Position numbers and translations under genes: made by a program
In this document: positions 1 through 10,369 of the stretch, in pieces
How the letters are laid out: each line of letters opens with the position of its first letter
How positions within the stretch are numbered: the stretch's first letter is position 1
The notes under the pieces: model-generated
The model's database searches: none
What the model saw: the letters and a program-made list of their open reading frames with translations, nothing else
Told to the model about the DNA's origin: nothing
NCBI GenBank assembly: GCA_040954595.2
Contig: CM082588.2
Span: 5,778,202 to 5,842,201 of the forward strand
DNA: 64,000 bases
Source: Balanoglossus misakiensis
Taxonomy: Eukaryota; Animalia; Hemichordata
Reading direction: 5' to 3'

Positions 1-1066
1 CTACGGCGGGAACGGCGTCTGCCTGCCGCTGCACGTCGACATAGCCCGGTCAAACGGGTGGCAGTACTCGTTCGCCATTTTTGTCGTCATCAACTTCACG
101 GCCTTTCTCTTCATTCTCTACGGGTACGTGCAGATGTTCACCAGCATCCGGAAGTCGAGGAACAATGTCCGCTCGACCAGCGAGAATCAAGATCTGAAGC
201 TGGCCAAGCGATTCGCCCTGATTGTAACCACTGATCTGCTTTGCTGGATGCCAGTCATCATTATCAAGTTTCTTGCGCTAGCAGGCAAGTAAAATAAACT
301 TTTATTTATGGTCATAAAGTTTATCAAATTAGCTTGATTCGAAATCATCATGTTTATAACTCCCTTTTATATAGTATGTGTGTTTTATACTTTGAATCCA
401 CATTTTATAGGGGCAAGCATCGATCCTTCCATATATGCGTGGGTCGCCATCTTTATTCTTCCGGTCAACTCCGCCCTGAACCCGTTCCTGTACACCATGA
501 CAACCAAGGCGTTCAAGCAGCGAGTGCACCGCTTGTTTGGCACGATCTCTACCGAAAGGAAGACAGAATATTTCTCGATAAGAAGTTCTCGGACAAGATC
601 GTCGGCCAGTTCGACAGGCAGCCGCCTCAGCGAAAATGGGCGATTACATGGGAACGTTTACGTGAGCAATACTCATTCGTTTCAACCTAACTAAATTTTA
701 TTCGTTTAATATGACAATAGTGTAGCACAGAAATTTGGCGACAGTATCAGAGATATTTTGCGTTAAATAGCCTTCCGCAAAGAAACCACTGAAATGTCAC
801 GCAAAGGTCAAAGGGCATACGCCACTATTGCAAAGGTCAAAGGGTATACGCTATTATCAGCGGATTGATTTGCCTCACTCTGTTTACAGGTGACCAGGCT
901 GAGGCAAACGCCCGCCACTAACAAGTCCAAAAGAGAGCAGCCCGAGAAAAGACTCGTCTATTTTGGCAACTCGTCTGTGATGGGACCGAGAACTGAGCCG
1001 GTTAAGAACCACCGCATTGTTGGCATCGCGCCGGAGGAAAATCACGCGAGCGAAAAGAAAGTGTGA
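1..1066 (+). CDS. Relaxin-receptor-like (RXFP/LGR type C, GRL101-like) GPCR, 3' part: ECL2 to TM7 and C-tail; 5' end outside the window
   Basis: Exons <1-284, 411-661, 890-1066 with consistent phases. Translation [11 protein letters not shown]...[17 protein letters not shown]...[20 protein letters not shown] matches recalled RXFP1/2 motifs (YGxNGVCxPLH, AKRF..IV.TD..CW.P, W..IFILP.NSALNP.LYT). The last exon is less certain. Confidence 0.88.
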
Positions 1067-2229
1067 AGGCTGTTGTCAGCACGGGCATCATTGAGAGTAC
1101 ATGTACTACTAGTAAGTGATGACAACCATAGGACCAGCGTGCAACGAAGAGTACTGATCGCTTTGAAATTCGAGGGACGCCTTGATAGGTAACTCCGTAT
1201 ACGCACATATAACTCAGTTCTCTCCTTTTAAATATTATATTTGTTATTTCACAAAAAATAGTTCAGAACAAACAATTCGGATATTTAATATGTCATCTGG
1301 GAAGTTTAGTTGTTTTATTTATTTGATAGATAAAATTAACGATGGCTGAATATTGGCGGGCAACATGCACGATAAATTACGTAACATAAGAAGGTGATTC
1401 CGATAAGCAAGTATACCGTTAAGCTTTAATATTAAAGAAAGCAATGGTAAAAAAATCTACAAGAAATAAAATGCCTCGTTTAACTCTAAAGAATCATCAT
1501 GAAAGACAATTTATTTTTGTAACGTTGCATATATTCGATTTACATTTTAAAATGTGATTTTCAACTCAAAATTAATTCAATATTAACTCAATGAGTGTGC
1601 ACGTAATTTATAACATTATTTTGCCTGTCAGGGATGACCACAATCAAACAATGACATTTAATTTCAACCTTTGAATATCAAGGAATAGGTTTCTCTGAGT
1701 AAGTTTTGTTAAAGTGTATGTTTTGTAAAAGTCCCACCGACACAACGATTTTAAGAACTTAAGACATATTTGCCATTTTATCTTCGGTGTGCCAACCTGT
1801 AATAAGTTGTTTATAGAAAATAGTACAACTAAGGAATTATAAGGCGGTATTTAAGCTGCCATTTATATAATGTATACATAATTGTGATTTAATTTAAATT
1901 GGAAACAAAATGTAAATGTAAGTCACCCGAATCGATTGATATACAGGTTTCAATTACAGGAGAGAATTTCTAGTTTTAATGTAAGACAATGACCTGTGGA
2001 TTCCGTGCGAGCGACCTGAATGATGCAAAAGTTGGCATTTTATTTTATTTTAATAGAATGTGAGCCTAATATCGTCGTGACCAAAATGTTCTGCTTGCCA
2101 TGAGACATAATCGTGAACAGCTCATGATAGGAGCGCGTGAACACGAGAAGGCCGCGTCTGGCCGACCTAGCATACTTGACAAAAGTGCCAACGCCTGGCG
2201 TTTAATCTTCGGAAATTGATCGCCGTAAT

Positions 2230-3281
2230 TCAAACTTCTCTCAATACACAATCGCACACGTCATTCGTGCAATTTGCATCTTTGCAATAGCTCTTTGACG
2301 AAGCGGCCTTCACGAACAACGCGGTGCAACCAACCGGAAACATTCGGCCGAATTGGTCACACCTTTTCGATCTACTGTAAAAGAGAAACTGAAACACAAT
2401 TTAGTTTGCAATTGGGGAACATTGCATTCTTGACGTGAACAAGATCTTGTACTCTTAATTTCTGTTTCTATCACACCGGCTTTCATTTGTATTCACTTCA
2501 TTTAGCAAGGCGTGTAAAATGAGTTTTGTTTGCATAGTTTACCTTACGTTAATTTTTTAACAACGTTCGATTTTTTAAATACGTTGTATCACACGACATT
2601 GATCTTTCTACAAAAATGTTTATTCAAAATCATTCTGTGTTAAATGTTGATGTGGCAGTTTCTTTAACAAATGTTTACATTCCGTTAATGACTGTAGTCA
2701 TTTTTAATCATATCAAACCATTTCTGCTTGATAATCTGTATTGATTTTAAGCTCATGGTACCGGTAAGATGTTAATCAACAAATCTTTACAGTCTGTTAA
2801 TTACTGTATTCGTAAATACAGATTCAGTGAAATAGAATGGGAAAAAGCGACGCCTGTCTGGGCTTGACTATGGCGTAAAAGTCAGTGTATGGGGCTTGAA
2901 AGTTGTTCACCTCACGGAAACTTCCAGCAAACAATACTTCTAATGCGTCCCACTCGAAAGCACGTTTCAGGGTTAAAGTACTTCTTCTTATAGACAGGAA
3001 GAGAGGGGATGAGCAATGGAAATCACGATGACTAGAACTAATTTACATTTTCTGAAATCGTTGCTGCCGGATATTTGGGTAGACTCCATCGGGACCCGGA
3101 TTAAAACATACAAAGCTTACTGCCGTTGCTTTCTGGCAATATTGAAAAGCATCTCGACAGGTGCATTGAGAATGTCTCAGGGAGCGCTTTATCGTGTTGT
3201 GCACGTCTTCAAAGATGATGGTTTTCTTATTCCCAAGGCGAAATTGCGTGCATGTGGACTCTATACAGTCTTGCGGAGTTC
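2230..3281 (-). CDS. Unannotated cysteine-rich protein, divergent IL-17/cystine-knot-like; last two exons only, 5' end unresolved, possibly a pseudogene
   Basis: Exons 3281-3047 (ctacag| ... |gtaaat) and 2374-2230 (tttctcttttacag|) join in phase 2. Product: GTPQDCIESTCTQFRLGNKKTIIFEDVHNTIKRSLRHSQCTCRDAFQYCQKATAVSFVCFNPGPDGVYPNIRQQRFQKIRSKRCDQFGRMFPVGCTALFVKAASSKSYCKDANCTNDVCDCVLREV*, 12 Cys. A phase-compatible upstream exon candidate lies at 3957-3893. Confidence 0.6.
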
Positions 3282-5157
3282 CTGTAGTAACGGTTGTTGT
3301 CGAATAACTTTAGTGGGGGAAGGGGGGGGGGCGATTTGTCTGATAAATCGACAATGTTACATATCATGGCAAGGAGTTTACACTCAAATTAAATAATTAG
3401 AGAACTAATTACTATCAAGTCGCCGTCTATATATCACACACGATTTTGGCATGAGTGCACATCGTTTGTTACTCTCAGTCGTTTTGCAAGGCAGTTTCCA
3501 CCAAGGAAAAGTAAACACTTGAAGCTGCATGTACAAAGCAAACATTTTACAGAATTATCAGTAGAATTGTAAATCGTTTGTCATTCCGTGCGTTGAAACA
3601 GGTAAAGGGCGTATTACGAGATGCCCGCCTCATTAAAATACCCCTTTCCATTGTTTGGTGTTTTACCTGCAGGTTGCGCTATTCCAGATATATCACAGGG
3701 ACTGGTTAAGTTTAACAACCTGTGTCCACGTTTAATTGTAACAATTGTACACGAAAGATATTAGTCAACTAGTAATGGATCGCAATTGATTGCACTAATC
3801 TGCTAGGCTGGAATTATAGGATGAGAGAAGCGACCTCAAGTCGTATTGACCACAGATTCTCTTCAGGGCTACATTTTCCAACTTTCTTTTACCATAAGTA
3901 TTAATACACATCCCTGCCGTTTCCTCCCTGTACTCAAGTAGGGATTGTTCGTCGACTCTGAGAACTTAAGTATGTCCCGCGGACGTCAACGAACAACATT
4001 AAGGTTTGCCGCCACAGCAAAAGCAAGGAGGAAATCACGAGAATTCCATCGTTCGGAAAAGATTTGGGAGGATAGACCGTTTGTCGGAAATATTTGACCC
4101 GAGGCGAAGCATTATGAGAGATGATGGCAATTGCATCATATTGGGCTTAATACTAAATCAGGAAACTTTTTATCCCGAAGAATGACTTCGTACAGTGGCA
4201 TTTAATTTCGTTGATGGTCGGCTTTTGACCTTCTTAAAATCCCTGTGTAAATCCCCAAGGATGGTTGGGATGTAAACCATTAATGCTGCACGCTATGCGA
4301 TGTCTGAACAGTCGTGAACTATGAAAAGAAACCCCTAGCAACTGTGATCCACCAGGACCCCCGTTGTAAATGCATAAAATATGTCTGTACATGGCATTGG
4401 TTTGTCAGAATAGGTTGCCGCCCCGGTTGATTTGGGTGGGTGGACGTGGGTCCTGACGTTGCTTCTCAGAAATAGACGAGTTGATGACTAACTTTCCACG
4501 AACATGCCAGCATTCCAGTATAATTTTACACTCATGAATTAGGTGAAGAAGGGTTTAATCATAGTTGTTCTGAAAAAAAAGTTACATTTTTAAATTTCAA
4601 CTCTTGGTGGCGTCGTTTTAATAGAGTGACATCGTATGCAGTTTGTTTTAAATTGTATAGGCTCTTAATTTGTTATGTATTTTGAAATCTCATAAAAGAT
4701 ACTCTATAATTATTAATTGACTCATTCAACGATAAAGTAAAGTAAAACTCTGATTTTGGAGTTATAAAATAATCATTAAACTGCCCTTGAATATATTTGT
4801 ACAAATTATAATATCAATGGAGACAGCGCCATTGCAAGACTACAAAATGTCTTTCAAAGTGATATGCATTTGTAATTTGTACATCGTTGTTTCCCCCCCC
4901 CCCCCATTATTTTGGGATGGTCGTGAGAAGTGTAAAGTCACCACTGTTATCGTTGGCGACGTAATTCAGGTCCGGACTTGTATTCATTTTCAACGATAAT
5001 AATGGTGATACACATACATGTATATGTATATGTTGGCAAGCAGGATATATACAAAGCAATCGAGTGCACTGTACTGTGGGAGGCCAGGTGGAACAAATGG
5101 TGAAAAGTAGTCAGAGTCACAGCTGATGTTGTAGGCCTATATCACAGACGTCGACGT

Positions 5158-6420
5158 TCACGCTGTTTCCTGTTGCAGGGATGTGTACACTTCGTTCTGA
5201 GGTTTGCCAACCAAGCTTTGGTAGTGCGCATCCTCGGCACGAGTGGCGACATCTTCGTAGGCCACCGCGTTCGTGTTTCCGCTCCTCTCTTCCATTTCAA
5301 CCGGGTTCGCGAAATCAGCCGGAGTAGACGCGGCTCCTTCGATGGTGCGGTGGGTTTTGTTCATTCGCCGATACGTGAACACGGCTACCCCTCCCGCGAT
5401 AATACTCAGGACAACTCCAAGCAGTAACCCCCCAATGAAAGTTCCCACTATGGCGGATGCCCCCAAACAGTCTCGGTAGTAAGGTAAGCGGCTGTTTTGT
5501 TCTATTGGCTCTGTTGTTCTAACCTCAGCCATTGTTGTGTCAGTGCTGTGCAATGTCTTAAGGGGAACATACTCAGTTGTACCATAGGCATGCTCTTGTC
5601 CACTGTCAAGGGTTGTACGCTGGTGTAAGTTTAATGGGTCAACAGAACACGTCGTTCGTGGCCTTTGACCCCCTGATAATGCGAAGGCAGGGTGATCAAT
5701 CGAGCACGTGAAAACAGCACCATCTAAAGTTGGAATCAACGTATATACCACCGATGCGATATCATTCTGAACTGATTCGCCATCAGCCATAATGACAGCA
5801 GGGTTTCCACGGGACCACGCCATGGTAACATGAGGATACCCAGCGTCTGATTGACACAACAAAGTTACCGGTTCACAGACAGTCACATCTGTGGCTGTCG
5901 TCCCATCGGCGTTGATGATAAAACATTGTGGGTATATGGGACGAGGAACAACGTAGATGTTCACTTGTGCAAATCTTGATCTTATGACAGCAGCCAGGAT
6001 AGTAGGGTCATCATAGAAGACAGCACACTGATAACGTCCACTGTCAAACTCCGCAGTTTGGTAACTCGTCGGTCTTATCTGTAAGTTGTGCTCTCCAATA
6101 GTCTCATCACCAACGATGGAATATCTCTGACTGTCAATCAAATGATCGACATGTTCTGTTCGAATAGCTCGATCATCACTAATAATTGTGTCGGCGAATC
6201 CTTTTAGCCACGATACTTTCTGATCAGACTGTAAATTCTTTACCTTACACCCCAGTTCAATGGTTATTGTTCTCGTCTCCCCGTGTTCAAATATTTCCGT
6301 TTTACTGATCGGCGTATTCAGAAAACTGGGCTCGGGTGCCTGTGTTGTCCGGCCAAAAACATCCTGAAAGCTGACTGGTGATAGGAGAGTATAAAGCACG
6401 AGGATAAAACGCTGCTGCAT
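5158..6420 (-). CDS. Intronless type I membrane Ig-superfamily receptor (V-like + C2-like domains), copy 1, 420 aa
   Basis: Signal peptide; Ig motifs LGCKV..VSWLK..DSGRYQC and VTLLCQS..MAWSR..FTCSIDHPA; Thr-rich stalk; Gly-rich TM; tail tyrosines YEDV, YQSL, YTSL. Confidence 0.9.
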   Translation of the reverse strand: MQQRFILVLYTLLSPVSFQDVFGRTTQAPEPSFLNTPISKTEIFEHGETRTITIELGCKVKNLQSDQKVSWLKGFADTIISDDRAIRTEHVDHLIDSQRYSIVGDETIGEHNLQIRPTSYQTAEFDSGRYQCAVFYDDPTILAAVIRSRFAQVNIYVVPRPIYPQCFIINADGTTATDVTVCEPVTLLCQSDAGYPHVTMAWSRGNPAVIMADGESVQNDIASVVYTLIPTLDGAVFTCSIDHPAFALSGGQRPRTTCSVDPLNLHQRTTLDSGQEHAYGTTEYVPLKTLHSTDTTMAEVRTTEPIEQNSRLPYYRDCLGASAIVGTFIGGLLLGVVLSIIAGGVAVFTYRRMNKTHRTIEGAASTPADFANPVEMEERSGNTNAVAYEDVATRAEDAHYQSLVGKPQNEVYTSLQQETA

Positions 6421-7306
6421 TGTCCTTTAAAGCGGTAAGATCGCACTATAGCATATAGGTGTAGGGTAATGGATCAACGCGCTTAGTGATCCACTCACTG
6501 CATGGACGTGTAGACGACAAGTTCTTTGTAACGACTAGTATGCGCGAAAGCAGTTCTGGGTCTCGAAGATAAATATAAGAGGCTACGACCAAGGGGTCAC
6601 AGAACGTGGGACCCATCCCTCTATCTAACAACAGTAGTGAATTCAATGTATCTTTGCATATCAAAACCACTATTGTTGAATTAAAATATATGCGAGCTCC
6701 TCATATATTTTAATAGCATTTCCGGGTTCATAGTTCATTTGTATGTAAAAGTAAGAATTGAACTCCCTTTCAGTTCGTTACTCCTTTTACATTAGGTTTA
6801 GCCCAACCCATAACAATTCAGGAAGTATGTGTAAAGGTCGTTTCGCTCAAAAAAGGAAAGCAAACTGGACAAAGTGAACTATTGACGTCATTATATCTCC
6901 GTCGATTGGCCTCACTAGGCAGTCCAACCTCGTCCAACGAGATCGGGAGGAAACTTCCAAGAAAGTTGTCACGCTTGTGACTCAACTCTGTGAGCTGTCT
7001 GGGCCAAAAACGACAACGAAAGTAAATTAATGTTTCATTGCTTTTATTCAAGTTGCGATTTCACTACCAGTAGTGCTATTTTATTTCCAAGTCAATCAGT
7101 GAAGTTGTTCCGTAGTAAGCTTACATTTTATTCATATAGTTCTGTTAATTGATAGTAATTAATTAAATTGATCAACAGAATCCAGAAGAATGGCAGCAGT
7201 AATGCCAGTGTAACGTGCAAATGAAACAATACACGCCAAACTTTATGTGCAGAGTGAGGGAGCTTATTCAAGATTAAGAAATAATTTTCAATATGGCAAA
7301 TTGGTT

Positions 7307-7530
7307 CTACTGGCCACACGCACAGCACTGGCAAACATAGGAAGATGTTGCATCATTCCAGGTGCTGTCTCCGAGCGGGAAGCTTCTCATCTTGGGATAA
7401 GCGCCCTCCTGTAAGGTGAGTTGTTCTCCCTGGAAGTCAGGGTCCGTCCACATGGTCAGTACACAGCCGTGGCGCACCGAGAGTGAAGAGATCTCGCTCG
7501 CCAGCTGGCTGGGCGTGTTCGATACCGCGC
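7307..7530 (-). pseudogene. Truncated 3' half of the syncollin-like gene, created by the tandem duplication
   Basis: Near-identical to 9968-10191 but cut at the duplication junction; lacks start codon, signal peptide and N-terminal half. Confidence 0.88.
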
Positions 7531-7814
7531 CATTGCAACACTAAAAAAATGTCTTTCAGGTGATGAACATTTATACATCGTCGTGAGAAGTGTAAAGTCA
7601 GCACTGTTGTCATTGACTACATAATTAAGTCCGGACTTGTATTCATTTTTAACGATAACAAAGGTGATACACATATACATGATATACGGGCTATGTTGGC
7701 AAGCAGGATTTACAAAGCAGTCGAGTGCACTGTGGGAGGCCAGGTGGAACAAATGCTGAAACTTTTAAGGTAGTCAGAGTCACAGCTGGTGTTGTATATC
7801 ACAGACGTCGACGT

Positions 7815-9086
7815 TTACGCTGGTTCCTGTTGCAGGGTTGTGTATACTTCGTTCTGAGGTTTGCCAACCATGCTTTGGTAGTGCGCATCCTCGGCACGAG
7901 TGGCGACATCTTCGTAGGCCACCGCGTTCGTGTTTCCGCTCCTCTCTTCCATTTCTACCGGGTTCGCGAAATCAGCCGGAGTAGACGCGGCTCCTTCGAT
8001 GGTGCGGTGGGGTTTGTTCATTCGCCGATACGTGAACACGGCTCTCCCTCCCGCGATAATACTCAGGGCAACTCCAAGCAGTAACCCCCCAATGAAAGTT
8101 CCCACCATGGGGGATGCCGCGACTCGGCAGTAAGGTAAGCGACTGTTTTGTTCAATTGGCTCTGTTGTTCTAACCTCGGCCATTGTTGTGTCGGTGCTGT
8201 GCAATATCTTGACGGGAACATTATACTCAGTTGTGCCATAGACAGATCCTTGTCCACTATCAGTGGTTGGACGCTGGTGTACGCTAAATGGTCCAACAGA
8301 ACAGGTCGTTCGTGGCCTTTGACCCCTTGGTAATGCGAAGGCAGGGTGGTCAATCAAGCATGTGAAAACAACAGTCCCATCTTCCCACTTTGGAATCCAC
8401 GTATATTCAACAGATATGGTAGTATCGTTATGAATTGATGATACACTATTGATTAAATGTACAGCAGTGTTATCATGTGACCATGTCATGGTAACTTGAG
8501 GATACCCAGTGTCAGATTGACATGACAAAGTGACTGGTTCACCGTCAGTGACATCTGTTGCTGGCGTCCCACCGGCGTTGTTGACAAAGCATTGAGGGTA
8601 TATGGTACGAGGAACAACGTAGATATTCACTTGTGCAACATTTGATCGTATAACAGCAGCCAAGATAGTGGGGTCATCATGGAAGACAACACACAGATAA
8701 CGTCCACTGTCAAACTCAGCAGTTTGGTAACTCGTCGACCTTATCTGTAAGTTGTACTCTCCACTGGACTCATCACCACCGATGAAATATCTCTGACTGT
8801 CAACCAAAAATTCGTCATGCTCTGTACGAATAATTCGATCATCACTGATGATTGTATCGGCGAATCCTTTCAGCCACGATACTTTCTGATCAGACTGTAA
8901 ATTCTTTACCTTACACCCCAGTTCAATGGATATTGTTCTCGCCTCCCCGTCTTCAAATATTTCCGTTTTACTGCTCGGCGCTCTCAGAAAACTTGGCCCG
9001 GGTGCCGGTGTTGTCCGGCCAAAAACATCCTGAAAGCTGACCGTTGATAGGAGAGTATAAAGCACGAGGATAAAACGCTGTTGCAT
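7815..9086 (-). CDS. Intronless type I membrane Ig-superfamily receptor, copy 2, 423 aa
   Basis: Paralogue of 5158-6420 with the same architecture. Tail YEDV, YQSM, YTTL. Arg replaces Val at the end of the TM (AGGRAVFTY). Confidence 0.9.
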   Translation of the reverse strand: MQQRFILVLYTLLSTVSFQDVFGRTTPAPGPSFLRAPSSKTEIFEDGEARTISIELGCKVKNLQSDQKVSWLKGFADTIISDDRIIRTEHDEFLVDSQRYFIGGDESSGEYNLQIRSTSYQTAEFDSGRYLCVVFHDDPTILAAVIRSNVAQVNIYVVPRTIYPQCFVNNAGGTPATDVTDGEPVTLSCQSDTGYPQVTMTWSHDNTAVHLINSVSSIHNDTTISVEYTWIPKWEDGTVVFTCLIDHPAFALPRGQRPRTTCSVGPFSVHQRPTTDSGQGSVYGTTEYNVPVKILHSTDTTMAEVRTTEPIEQNSRLPYCRVAASPMVGTFIGGLLLGVALSIIAGGRAVFTYRRMNKPHRTIEGAASTPADFANPVEMEERSGNTNAVAYEDVATRAEDAHYQSMVGKPQNEVYTTLQQEPA

Positions 9087-9967
9087 TGTCCTTTAAAGCG
9101 GTTAGATCGCACTGTAGGTGTACGGTAATGGATCAATACTGAACGCGCTTAGTGATCCACTCACTGCGTGGACGTGTAGACGACAAATTCAAACGAGTAT
9201 GCGGGGGAAAGCAGTTCTGAAGTCTCGAAGGGAAATATAAGAGGGTAATATCCCAGGGGTCACAGAACTAGGGACCCATCCCTCTCACAACAGTAGTGAA
9301 TTCAATGTATCTTTGCATATCAAAACCACTATTGTTGAATTAAAATATATGTGAGCACCTCATATATTTTAATAGCATTTCCGGGTTCACAGTTCATTAG
9401 TATGTAAAAGTAAGAATTAAACTCCCTTTCAGTTCGTTACTCCTTTTACATTAGGTTTAGCCCAACCCATAACAATTCAGGAAGTATGTGTAAAGGTCGT
9501 TTCGCTCAAAAAAGGAAAGCAAAATGGACAAAGTGAACTATTGACGTCATTATATCTCCGTCGATTGGCCTCACTAGGCAGTCCAACCTCGTCCAACGAG
9601 ATCGGGAGGAAACTTCCAAGAAAGTTATCACGCTTGTGACTCAACTCTGTGAGCTGTCTGGGCCAAAAACGACAAGGAAAATAAATTAATTTTTCATTGT
9701 TTTTATTCAAGTTGCGATTTCAATACCAGTAGTGCTATTTTATTTCCAAGTCAAACAGTGAAGTTTAGTTTCGTCGTAAGCTTACATTTTATTCATATAG
9801 CACTGGTAATTGATAGTGATTAATTAAATTGATCAACAGAATCCAGAAGTATGGCAGCAGTAGGGCCAGTGTAACGTTCAAATGAAACAATACACGCCAA
9901 ACTTTATGTGCAGAGTGAGGGAGCTTATTCAAGATTAAGGAATAATTTTCAATATGGCAAATTGGTT

Positions 9968-10369
9968 CTACTGGCCACACGCACAGCACTGGCAAACATA
10001 GGAAGATGTTGCATCATTCCAGGTGCTGTCTCCGAGCGGGAAGCTTCTCATCTTGGGATAAGCGCCCTCCTGTAAGGTGAGTTGTTCTCCCTGGAAGTCA
10101 GGGTCCGTCCACACGGTCAGCACACAGCCGTGGCGCACCGAGAGTGAAGAGACATCGCCCGCCAGCTGGACGGGCGTGTTCGATACCGCGCTGTTCTCGC
10201 CGACGGAGACGTTCGCGCCATAGCACGATTTGGTGACGTCGGGACGAGAGTGCTCGAATAAGATGGCACAGGCGTCGCCAAGTTCAAATTCGTTCGGGCA
10301 GCCTTTGCCTTGACACGAGTGCCAACCGACAATGACCGAGGAAACGACAATGAACACTGGAAACATCAT
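9968..10369 (-). CDS. SYCN-like: Syncollin-like secreted protein, 133 aa, single coding exon
   Basis: Starts MMFPVFIVVSSVIVGWHSCQG (signal peptide). GCP..CAILFE..CYGA..SSLSV..GCVLTVW..G..GAYPKM..W.DATSSYVCQC aligns by eye with recalled vertebrate syncollin (ACP..CAKLYD..CGGA..SSLVV..RCELTVW..GTYPRL..WSNAISALYCRC), and the length is similar. The track ORF's upstream extension to 10693 is probably 5' UTR or intron (acceptor near 10390). Confidence 0.8.
   Translation of the reverse strand: MMFPVFIVVSSVIVGWHSCQGKGCPNEFELGDACAILFEHSRPDVTKSCYGANVSVGENSAVSNTPVQLAGDVSSLSVRHGCVLTVWTDPDFQGEQLTLQEGAYPKMRSFPLGDSTWNDATSSYVCQCCACGQ

Larger units (their letters stand above)
4826..10191. repeat. Tandem segmental duplication: unit 1 about 4826-7526, unit 2 about 7527-10191
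   Basis: Long near-identical blocks, e.g. 6635-7530 vs 9295-10191. Both units start with gcgccattgcaa (4826 and 7527). The junction carries GCGC microhomology. Confidence 0.95.

Noticed and set aside
3016-3396. 126-aa plus-strand ORF
   Set aside because: No recognisable features; it is the antisense of the Cys-rich minus-strand exon 3281-3047.
3667-3719. 53-nt minus-strand exon candidate (LLNLTSPCDISGIAQPA) for the Cys-rich gene
   Set aside because: It fits the downstream phase, but no phase-2 upstream exon was found, so it was left out of the model.
6949-6958. kappaB-like ggaaacttcc upstream of both Ig genes, with similar 10-mers at about 2917 and 11806
   Set aside because: Short degenerate motifs are expected by chance, and the two Ig copies are not independent evidence.
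5158-9086. Retrogene origin of the intronless Ig genes
   Set aside because: No poly(A) remnant or target-site duplication is visible, so it cannot be supported from this window.
6818-9995. Paired short ORFs 6818-7051/9477-9710 and 7128-7334/9789-9995
   Set aside because: Their similarity comes from the recent duplication of non-coding DNA; non-ATG starts and no motifs.
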